NCBI GenBank assembly: GCA_017450965.1
Contig: JAFSSQ010000047.1
Coordinates: forward strand, 4,787-68,786
Source: Clostridia bacterium
GTDB taxonomy: Bacteria > Bacillota > Clostridia > Oscillospirales > CAG-272
Length of the DNA: 64,000 nucleotides
Direction: 5' to 3'
Position 1 is the stretch's first letter. The number at the start of each line of letters is the position of its first letter. Below the pieces are notes generated by a model. The model ran no database searches. It was not told the DNA's origin and saw only the letters and a list, made by a program, of their open reading frames with translations. Below are positions 46,312 through 54,085 of the stretch, piece after piece. Both the position numbers and the translations under genes were made by a program.

Positions 46312-46340
46312 ATTATATCACTCCGTTTTTCGCTTGTCAA
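46312..46340 (-). promoter_or_regulatory. sigma-A promoter for rpmG-secE-nusG
   Basis: TTGACA-N17-TATAAT with TGn extension. Confidence 0.88.
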
Positions 46341-46476
46341 GCCTTTTTTTGCGTTTTTCCGGGAGAAAGCGCCGCGCGTTCCGAAGAACGCGCGGCGGTT
46401 ATGGGTTCCGCTCCGCGGACCGTTACGAGCCCGCGGGCGTGATAAGCGGCTGCGCCGCGTTCGGCGCGCCGTTTGT

Positions 46477-47361
46477 TTACTCCTTTGTGATCTTCGCGAT
46501 CACGACGTAGCGCTGCGTTCCGGTGCCGTACGCGCAGGTGGAAAGGGTCACGATGTTCTCGTCCCCGCCGATCCCGACCGCCGAGCGGAAGGTGGAATGC
46601 TCCGCCGCGTACGCAAGCCACGAGGCGAGAGAGGCAGAAGAAAGGTCCGGGTTGTAAAGGCCGGCGCTCTCGTCGACGTAGAAGCCGGCAAAAAGATCGA
46701 GACAGTAGCGCGCGTCCGGCGTGATGAACCAGAGATAGGGATGCAGACGGTAGTAACCGGGATCCTTGTAAAGCAGCAGCGAGCCGAACATCGAATAATT
46801 CTGCATACTGTGCCCGTAGATCAGATAGTTGCGGCACGCGCCGATCTCCGAACAGCGGCAGTCGGCAAACAGCGTCCCGCTGTAAAGGTAGTTTCCGTCC
46901 AGATCGCGGTGGAGATAATAGTCGTTGTCCTTTCCTTTGACGACGGGATAGTTGATCTGCGTGCCGGCGCAGTAGAGCCAGCCGACCACGTCGGGATTGT
47001 GCCGGCAGAGCGCCTCAAAATTGACCGAAAAATCCGGATCCTGCGGCGTATAGGAAAACGGCGTATCCTCCGCGGGCGTCGGGGGAGCGGAAACGGCGCT
47101 TTCCTCCGTCTCCGCGGTCTCTCCGCTCTCCGCGGTCTCCGGCGGCGCGGTCGCCGCCTCTCCCCCGCGGGGAGCGAGCGTCTCCGGCGCGGCGGGATCC
47201 CCCTCCTCGCGGGAAAGGGTCACGAGGAACCGCTCCTGCAGATCTTTGCTGTTTTTCTCTTCCTTGCGATAGTTGTTAAGCGCCTTCAAAAGCTGAAAGG
47301 CGGAAAACAGAAACAGAGCCGCGCACAGGCAGCAGAGAACGATCCGCACGGTCCTATTCAT
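46477..47361 (-). CDS. srtB: class B sortase
   Basis: N-terminal TM, NPDVVGW, INYPVV, NDYYLHRD, IYGHSM, TLSTC...R; TTGACA-N17-TAAAAT promoter at 47391-47419. Confidence 0.93.
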   Translation of the reverse strand: MNRTVRIVLCCLCAALFLFSAFQLLKALNNYRKEEKNSKDLQERFLVTLSREEGDPAAPETLAPRGGEAATAPPETAESGETAETEESAVSAPPTPAEDTPFSYTPQDPDFSVNFEALCRHNPDVVGWLYCAGTQINYPVVKGKDNDYYLHRDLDGNYLYSGTLFADCRCSEIGACRNYLIYGHSMQNYSMFGSLLLYKDPGYYRLHPYLWFITPDARYCLDLFAGFYVDESAGLYNPDLSSASLASWLAYAAEHSTFRSAVGIGGDENIVTLSTCAYGTGTQRYVVIAKITKE

Positions 47362-47495
47362 CCGTTTTTTCCTCCTTTCCGATTTTCTTTATTTTACTCC
47401 GGCGCGGCGCGTTTGTCAACCGCGCGTTTTTCTGTCCGTTTTATCGGACCGACGGTCGGCTATGATAAAAACGCGGAGAGAAAGGGGGGATCGCC

Positions 47496-47648
47496 GTGTA
47501 TATCGCGCTGGATCTGACGGGAAGCGGCAAAGCCTACGCAACGAACCGCCCGCTCGTCGTGGAGGAAGCGGACCGGGAGGAAAAAGAGGAAAAACCGGGA
47601 GAAGTCGAGCCGGGCCGCGCAAAGCCGCGCTCGGCCGCGCGGCAGTGA
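47496..47648 (+). CDS. putative 50-aa small protein
   Basis: GAAAGGGGGG RBS, GTG start; MYIALDLTGSGKAYATNRPLVVEEADREEKEEKPGEVEPGRAKPRSAARQ*; GC3-rich codons. Confidence 0.45.
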   Translation: MYIALDLTGSGKAYATNRPLVVEEADREEKEEKPGEVEPGRAKPRSAARQ

Positions 47649-47733
47649 AGCTTGCGGCAAAGCCGCAAGTGAAGTTTTGCCTTCGGCAAAGTGAAGCGCC
47701 GCTTTGCGGCGTGAAGTCGCTCCCTGCGGGAGC
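47645..47733. repeat. GTGAAG-linked hairpin array
   Basis: GTGAAG at 47645, 47669, 47691, 47711, each followed by a different perfect 6-8-bp hairpin with a 3-nt loop. Confidence 0.8.
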
Positions 47734-47784
47734 AGATGACTGTTACAGAAAGAACGCTGCGACAGGACAAGCCCCGTCAAAAGA

Positions 47785-47904
47785 GAAAGCCGACCCACGC
47801 TTACCGGGTCGGCTTTCGTATTGGATTTGCCGTGAACACGCTGACTTGATTTCTTTTCCCTTTTCAAAAAGTCTTTTCGCTTCCTTTTCTTCAGAAAAGG
47901 AAGA
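47785..47904 (-). repeat. Post-stop-codon hairpin module, copy 3
   Basis: 47867-47904 is the exact reverse complement of 100-137; accompanied by hairpin GAAAGCCGACCC...GGGTCGGCTTTC at 47785-47817. Confidence 0.85.
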
Positions 47905-47915
47905 CCGTTCTTTTC

Positions 47916-48701
47916 TTACTTCCTCTGCGCGAAGAGCCAGTCGACGGCGGCGGTATCGCGGCCGGCGGCACCGAAGCAGAGGGAGGCGTGGTGGCCGACG
48001 CCCTCGTAGGTAATGAGCTCGGCGTCGCGGGCGCCGGCGGCTTTCATCGCTTCGATCATCTTGCGGGATCCGTCGTAATGGACGACCTTATCCGCGTCGC
48101 CGTGGTAGGCGCGGACGGGGATATGGGCGATCACCGCCGCCTTTTCGGGGTCTCCGCCGCCCGCAACGGCGACGAACGCCGTGAAAAAGTCGGGATACCG
48201 GGTGGCGAGATCCCAGAGGGCGTAGGCGCCCATCGAGTTGCCCCAGCCGTAGACGCGGCGGGAATCGAGGGGAAAGCTGGCGAGCGCGAGATCAAAGAGT
48301 TCCTTTGCGGCGGCGAGGGAGTCGACGGGCTCCTCTTCCTGCCGATACGTTCCCTCAAGGGCGGGGATCTTTACCTTGACCCACGGCTTTTCCCGCGTGG
48401 TCTGCGGGGCGAGGATCACGAGACTGTTGCGGTATTCGGGCGAGCCGACGAGCCCCGAGAGAACGGAGGTGATCTCCGGCTTGCGGATATGCTCGCCGTC
48501 CGTGCCGACCGAGCCCATCCCGTGCATGAAAAAGAGGACGGGATAGTTATGCTGCATCGTGAAGTTGGCGGGCCGGTAGAACTGGCAGGGGAGGGTCACG
48601 CCGTTTTTGGCGGTGTAGGAAAAAAGGTGCCAGCCGGGCCGTTTGTTTTTCAGCTGATAGAGCGGGTTTGCGCTTGCGGCGTCCGGGCTTCCCGTGTTCA
48701 T
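47916..48701 (-). CDS. alpha/beta-hydrolase (predicted peptidase/esterase)
   Basis: FMHGMG, LAPQ, GNSMG nucleophile elbow, HGDADKVV, GVGH. Confidence 0.88.
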   Translation of the reverse strand: MNTGSPDAASANPLYQLKNKRPGWHLFSYTAKNGVTLPCQFYRPANFTMQHNYPVLFFMHGMGSVGTDGEHIRKPEITSVLSGLVGSPEYRNSLVILAPQTTREKPWVKVKIPALEGTYRQEEEPVDSLAAAKELFDLALASFPLDSRRVYGWGNSMGAYALWDLATRYPDFFTAFVAVAGGGDPEKAAVIAHIPVRAYHGDADKVVHYDGSRKMIEAMKAAGARDAELITYEGVGHHASLCFGAAGRDTAAVDWLFAQRK

Positions 48702-48716
48702 CTCGCGCTTCCCTCC

Positions 48717-50207
48717 TTATTTGGTGCGATAGAGCTTTTTCGTTTCGTAGACCGGCTCGCAGGTGCAGTTGACGCCAATCTTTTTGAAGGTGGCGGCGTC
48801 CACCGCCGGCAGAACGACCGAGGAATGGAGCTCCAGCCCGCGCATCTTCGGCAGGGCGGCGAGCGCTTTTTTCGCCGTTTCGTCGGAGGCGGCGCAGACG
48901 GAGAGCGCGATCAGCGTTTCGTCCGTGTGGAGACGGGGGTTGTGGTTGCCGAGGAACTCGGTCTTTAAGAGCTGGACCGGCTCGATGACCTCGGCGGAAA
49001 GGAGCTTGACCTCGTCGTCGATGCCGGCGATGTACTTGATCGCGTTGAGCAGCGCGGCGGAGGAGGAGCCGAGGAGCCCCGAGGTCTTGCCGGTGATCAG
49101 CTTCCCGTCCGGCATCTGGATACAGACGGCGGGCTTGCCGGTCTCCTCTGCCGTTTCCACGGCGGGAGCGATCACGCGGCGGTAGGCGGAGGTGATGCCC
49201 GCCTGACTCATGACCATCTCGCAGCGGTAGACCGTCTCGTCGTCCACCTTGCAGAGAACGCGGTCGCACTTGGCGGCGTAGTAGCGGCGGATGATCTCCT
49301 CCCGCGCGGCGTCGCAGACGGCGCTGTCGTCGGTGATGCAGAAGCCCGCCATGTTCACGCCCATATCGGTGGGGGACTGATAGGGGCATTTGCCCGTGAT
49401 CTTTTCGAGGATATTTTGCAGAAGCGGGAACGCCTCCACGTCGCGGTTGTAGTTGACGGCGGTCTTGCCGTAGGCCTCGAGGTGGAAGGGGTCGATGGTA
49501 TTCACGTCCTTGAGATCGGCCGTTGCCGCCTCGTAGGCGAGGTTGACGGGGTGCTTTAAGGGGAGGTTCCAGATCGGGAAGGTCTCGAACTTGGCGTAAC
49601 CGGCGCGCACGCCGCGCTTGTACTCGTGGTAGAGCTGGGAGAGGCAGGTCGCCATCTTCCCGCTGCCGGGACCGGGCGCCGTGACGATCACGAGCGGCCG
49701 CTCGGTCTCGATATAGTCATTTTTGCCGTAGCCGTCGTCGCTGACGATCAGGGAGAGGTTGGAGGGATAGCCGGAGATGGGATAGTGGATCGCCACCTTG
49801 ATCCCCATGGAGATCAGCCGGCGGCGGAAAACGTCCGCCGCGTACTGACCGGCGTACTGGGTGATCACGACGTTGCCGACGTACAGCCCCCGCGCGCGGA
49901 ACGCGTCGATCAGGCGGAGCACGTCCGCTTCATAGGTGATGCCGAGGTCGGAACGGGCCTTGTTCTTTTCGATATCCGCGGCGCAGATCGCGATCACGAC
50001 CTCCGCCCGGTCGGCGAGCTGGGTCAGCATTTTGATCTTGCTGTCCGGTTCGAAGCCCGGCAGCACGCGGGAGGCGTGATAGTCGTCAAAGAGCTTTCCG
50101 CCAAGCTCCAGATAGAGCTTATTCCCGAACTCGGAGATGCGCTTTTTGATATGTTCCGACTGCATCTCGAGATATTTTTGATTGTCAAAGCCGATCCTGT
50201 GTCCCAT
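48717..50207 (-). CDS. DUF1846 (UPF0371) protein
   Basis: KLYLELGGKLFDDYHASRVLPGF, APGPGSGKMATCLSQLYH, SPTDMGVN. Confidence 0.93.
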   Translation of the reverse strand: MGHRIGFDNQKYLEMQSEHIKKRISEFGNKLYLELGGKLFDDYHASRVLPGFEPDSKIKMLTQLADRAEVVIAICAADIEKNKARSDLGITYEADVLRLIDAFRARGLYVGNVVITQYAGQYAADVFRRRLISMGIKVAIHYPISGYPSNLSLIVSDDGYGKNDYIETERPLVIVTAPGPGSGKMATCLSQLYHEYKRGVRAGYAKFETFPIWNLPLKHPVNLAYEAATADLKDVNTIDPFHLEAYGKTAVNYNRDVEAFPLLQNILEKITGKCPYQSPTDMGVNMAGFCITDDSAVCDAAREEIIRRYYAAKCDRVLCKVDDETVYRCEMVMSQAGITSAYRRVIAPAVETAEETGKPAVCIQMPDGKLITGKTSGLLGSSSAALLNAIKYIAGIDDEVKLLSAEVIEPVQLLKTEFLGNHNPRLHTDETLIALSVCAASDETAKKALAALPKMRGLELHSSVVLPAVDAATFKKIGVNCTCEPVYETKKLYRTK

Positions 50208-50219
50208 AATCCTTCTCCG

Positions 50220-52442
50220 TTATCGTTTGTTTTTCCAGTAATTCATCAAGCAGCCGGCCGAGAGGATCTCCCGTTCGTCCGGGGTGAGTTTGCCGAGGGA
50301 AAGACGGATCTTTTCCGCCGTTTCGCCGGAAAGGAGCCACGCGTCGAACTCCCCGTCGCCGCAGGAGAGCGCCCCGCGCAGATCGGGAAGCCACAAAAAG
50401 TCCCCGACCGCCGGGTCAAACGCCGAGCGGCGCAGGAGGGGAAGCATCCCCCAGTTGATGAGGTTGGAGCGGTAGCGCTTGGTCGCGTACTCATCCGCGA
50501 CGTTGGCGTACCCGCCGAGCACCTTCTGGCAGGAGGCGGCCTGCTCGCGGGCGGAGCCGTCCCCCGGATTGTGCGCGAAGATCGCGGAGCCGAAGGAATA
50601 GGGGCCCTTTCCGCCGGGGAGAGCGGCGAGAAGCTCGCGCTGTTTTTCGCTGAGGTGGGAGGCGGACGCCGCCTTCGCCCGACCGACGTAGGCGGGATCC
50701 TTGCGGGAAAGGGTGAACTCCGCCAGCTTCATCGGATTGGAGCGGTAGGAGGAGGTCTCGCCGGAGGGGATCAGCTCGTCGGTGGTGGTAACGGGATCGT
50801 CGATCACCGAAACGAGCTCCAGAAGAAGGGCGTTTTCCGGCGTTTCAAAGGCGGGCCAGTCCTTGATATTCGGACCGTAGCGCAGGGGGGTGTCCGGTTC
50901 CGCCTTTCCCCAGCCGTTGTAGACGCGCGCGCGGTAGGCGCTGTCGTCGTAGCGGTAGGGTCGGGCGACGAACTCCGGATCCAGATCGGTCGCGGCGGTG
51001 ATCACGCCGCCGTTTGCCGCGGTGGCGGCGATCGAACGCGCGTCCATCAGGGCGACCGAGGCGATCTGCCCCTGCCCGGGCTTGGAGCCCTCGCGGTTCG
51101 GGAAATTGCGGGTGGTGTGGCGGACGCTGAGGCAGTTGTTGGCCGGCACGTCCCCGGCGCCGAAGCAGGGACCGCAGAAGGCGGTCCGGACGGTAACGCC
51201 CGCCCGCAGGAGCTCCGCCATCACGCCGTTTGCGGCAAGCTCGGTCATCACCGGCTGGCTCGCGGGGTAAACGGAAAGGGCGAAGGGGCCGTTTCCGAGC
51301 GCGTTTGCGCGGAGGATATCGGCGGCGGCGCAGACGTTTTCAAAGGTGCCGCCCGCGCAGCCCGCGATCACGCCTTGCTCGGCCAGGACCCCGCGCGGGG
51401 TGATCTTGTCTGTGAGAGTGAAGCGCCCTTCCGGCAGACCGAGCTGGGAAACGGCGCGTTTTTCCGCCTCGCGGAGAACGTCGCCGGGGTTTTCGCAGAG
51501 CTCGCGGATCGGATAGGCGCAGCTCGGGTGAAAGGGGAGCGCGATCATCGGCTCGATCGAGGAAAGATCGATCTCCACCATCCGGTCGTAGCAGGCGAGG
51601 GGGGCGGGAGCGAGCTTTTTGTACGCGTCGGGGCGCTTGTGCGTCTCGAAATACGCGCGGATCGTCTCGTCTGTTTCCCAGACCGAGGAGAGGCACGCCG
51701 TCTCGGTGGTCATCACGTCGATCCCGCAGCGGTAGTCGGCGGAGAGAGAGGCGATCCCGTCCCCGATGAACTCGAGCACGGCGTTTTTGACAAAGCCGGA
51801 GGAATAGACCGCGCCGATCAGCGCGATCGCCACGTCCTGCGGGCCGACGCCGGGACGCGGCTTCCCCGTCAGACGGACGGCGACGACGGCGGGATAGTCG
51901 ATATCGTAGGTGCGGGAGAGCAGCTGCTTGACGAGCTCCGGCCCTCCCTCCCCGACGGCGAGCGTACCGAGCGCGCCGTAGCGGGTATGGCTGTCCGAGC
52001 CGAGGATCATCCGGCCGCATCCGCTCATCTCCTCCCGCATATAGGAGTGGATGACCGCCTGATGCGCGGGAACGTAGACGCCGCCGTATTTTCTGGCCGC
52101 GGAGAGACCGAAGAGGTGGTCGTCCTCGTTGATCGTACCGCCGACGGCGCAGAGACTGTTGTGGCAGTTGGTGAGGACGTAAGGCAGGGGGAAGGTATCC
52201 AATCCGCTTGCCCGCGCGGTCTGGATGATGCCGACGTAGGTGATGTCGTGGGACGCCATCGCGTCAAAGCGGATCGAAAGATGCTCGTCCGAGCCGGAGA
52301 GATTGTGGGCGGAGAGGATCGACCAGGCGATCGTTCCTTTCTTCGCCGCCTCCCGCTCGGCGGGTGTGAGCGCGGCGGCTTCCGCTTCTGTGAGAGGGCG
52401 TCCGTCCCGGATCAGGACCGGGCCGTTTACCAGCTGGATCAT
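50220..52442 (-). CDS. aconitase-family hydratase (YbhJ-like)
   Basis: SHDITYVGIIQTA, NCHNSLCAVGGTIN, GSDSHTRYG, IAGCAGG, FCGPCFG, RNFPNREG, GDGSAREQAAS. Confidence 0.92.
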   Translation of the reverse strand: MIQLVNGPVLIRDGRPLTEAEAAALTPAEREAAKKGTIAWSILSAHNLSGSDEHLSIRFDAMASHDITYVGIIQTARASGLDTFPLPYVLTNCHNSLCAVGGTINEDDHLFGLSAARKYGGVYVPAHQAVIHSYMREEMSGCGRMILGSDSHTRYGALGTLAVGEGGPELVKQLLSRTYDIDYPAVVAVRLTGKPRPGVGPQDVAIALIGAVYSSGFVKNAVLEFIGDGIASLSADYRCGIDVMTTETACLSSVWETDETIRAYFETHKRPDAYKKLAPAPLACYDRMVEIDLSSIEPMIALPFHPSCAYPIRELCENPGDVLREAEKRAVSQLGLPEGRFTLTDKITPRGVLAEQGVIAGCAGGTFENVCAAADILRANALGNGPFALSVYPASQPVMTELAANGVMAELLRAGVTVRTAFCGPCFGAGDVPANNCLSVRHTTRNFPNREGSKPGQGQIASVALMDARSIAATAANGGVITAATDLDPEFVARPYRYDDSAYRARVYNGWGKAEPDTPLRYGPNIKDWPAFETPENALLLELVSVIDDPVTTTDELIPSGETSSYRSNPMKLAEFTLSRKDPAYVGRAKAASASHLSEKQRELLAALPGGKGPYSFGSAIFAHNPGDGSAREQAASCQKVLGGYANVADEYATKRYRSNLINWGMLPLLRRSAFDPAVGDFLWLPDLRGALSCGDGEFDAWLLSGETAEKIRLSLGKLTPDEREILSAGCLMNYWKNKR

Positions 52443-52547
52443 ATCGGTTTTCTCCGTTTTCAAGTGCTTTTGTTGTTTTTTTGTCGAACGCTTGCAAGTA
52501 AAACAAGGACGGGCAGAGCGCACGTCCTTGTTGTCTTTCCGGAAGAT

Positions 52548-53933
52548 TTATTTTTCCGTGACGGAGGCGGTCGCGAGCAGGGTCTCCATTCCCTTTTCCC
52601 AGAGGAGGGTATCGCGGACGGCGTCGTGATCGACGATCGCGTCAAAGTCCTCGAGGGTAGGATAGTCTTCCTCGGACTGCTCCGCGTAAAGCTCTTCCAC
52701 TTTCGCCTCCAGCTCCTCGTCGGAAACCTCCCAGCCCTCCGCTTTCAGGAGAGAGTAGAAGACAAGCTTTTCCTTGATCGATTCCTCGGCGGCGGGGACG
52801 CAGACCTTCTCCTTGAACTCGGAGAGGCTGGCGTATCCCGTGCTCTTCGCGTACTCGCGCAGAGAGAGCTTGTAGTAAAGCCCGGCGATGCTGTCGTAAT
52901 AATCGTAGTTCTTCTGGACGGCTTCCTTGAGCGCGGAGGAAGGATAGCTCTTCACCTCCGCGTTGTCGAGGATCGCTTTCCAGAGGGTGGAGTATTTCGC
53001 CTTGGCCGCGTTCTTCTCGTAGGTCTCTTCCAGTTTCTCTTTCAGCGTCTCTCTCGCTTTTGCCGCGGTCTCGTACTCCGTTTCGGCGGCGACCAGCTCG
53101 TCGGTGATCTCCGCGGTCAGGATCTCACGGGCCGCCTTGGTGACGGTCACGGTGTACTCGGCGCTCTTGCCCGCCGCGTCGGTGACGGAGAAGTCCTCCG
53201 GCAGGGTCACGGTGATCTTCTGCTCCTCGCCGACCTTCACGCCGACGAGCTTTTCCGCGACGGCGGCGGGGAGAGCATCGGACTCTTCGCCGAGAGTGAG
53301 AGAAACGCCCTCGCCCTCCGAGCCTTCAAACTTTTCGCCTCCCACCGTTGCGGAGAAGGTAACGGTCAGGGTATCTCCCTCCTCGGTGAGATCGCCCTCG
53401 GCGAGCTCCTTGTCGTACGCGTAAGCGGGGACGGAGACGCTGTTGACGGTCACTTCAAAAACGACCGCTTTGCCCGAGAGGTCGGTGTTGCTCGTATAGG
53501 GATCCGGGAAGGTCAGATTGAGGGTGGCCGTGTCGCCTTTCTTTTTCCCGATCAGACCGTCTTCAAAGCCTTCGATGTAGCTGCCGGAGCCGAGAACGAG
53601 GTTCTGGCCCTCGGCGGTGCCGCCGTCAAACGCCTCGCCGTCGATCTTGCCCACGTAGTCGATGTTGACGGTGTCGCCGTCTGCGGCGGCGTAATCGTCC
53701 TCCGCGAGCTTGGTCGTCTCGGCCGTCTCCAGAAGGGCTTTCAGCTCTTTTTCGACCGCCTCGTCGTCGACCTTGTCGGGCATCTTGACCTCAAGCGCGA
53801 GGTTTTTGTACGCGCCGAGGGTCACGTAGCGGGACAGATCCTCCGTTTTATAGTTGAAGCTTCCGCAGGAGGAAAGCAGCAGAGCGGACAGAAGAACCGC
53901 CGCCAGAAGTGCGAAACGTGCTCTCTTTTTCAT
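52548..53933 (-). CDS. trigger-factor-like lipoprotein with two FKBP domains
   Basis: Lipobox LSSC; YVTLGAYK; FKBP1 GDTVNIDYVG..FDGG..YIEGFEDGLIG; degenerate FKBP2; helical TF-like C-domain. Confidence 0.85.
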   Translation of the reverse strand: MKKRARFALLAAVLLSALLLSSCGSFNYKTEDLSRYVTLGAYKNLALEVKMPDKVDDEAVEKELKALLETAETTKLAEDDYAAADGDTVNIDYVGKIDGEAFDGGTAEGQNLVLGSGSYIEGFEDGLIGKKKGDTATLNLTFPDPYTSNTDLSGKAVVFEVTVNSVSVPAYAYDKELAEGDLTEEGDTLTVTFSATVGGEKFEGSEGEGVSLTLGEESDALPAAVAEKLVGVKVGEEQKITVTLPEDFSVTDAAGKSAEYTVTVTKAAREILTAEITDELVAAETEYETAAKARETLKEKLEETYEKNAAKAKYSTLWKAILDNAEVKSYPSSALKEAVQKNYDYYDSIAGLYYKLSLREYAKSTGYASLSEFKEKVCVPAAEESIKEKLVFYSLLKAEGWEVSDEELEAKVEELYAEQSEEDYPTLEDFDAIVDHDAVRDTLLWEKGMETLLATASVTEK

Positions 53934-54085
53934 TGAACCAACTTCCTTAACCTAAAGAAATAAGATTGTTCGGCTTTTGCCGGAACGCAAAAGCACAAAT
54001 ATACAATTCAGGATTATAGCAAAGTTTTTTTCCGGATTGCAAGCCTTTCCCGAAAAAATCGGGAAAAATTGCAGGTTTTTTCGGA

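Noticed and set aside
47496-47648. Small ORF as precursor for the PqqD/S26 pair
   Set aside because: 29 kb away and lacks a YxxP-type RRE leader motif; no supporting evidence
47645-47733. CRISPR-like alternation of repeat and variable spacer (also 41589-41655)
   Set aside because: Repeats are only 6 bp, the spacers are self-complementary 12-19-mers, and there are no cas genes
49626-53936. 1436-aa plus-strand ORF
   Set aside because: Antisense to three well-supported genes; typical shadow ORF
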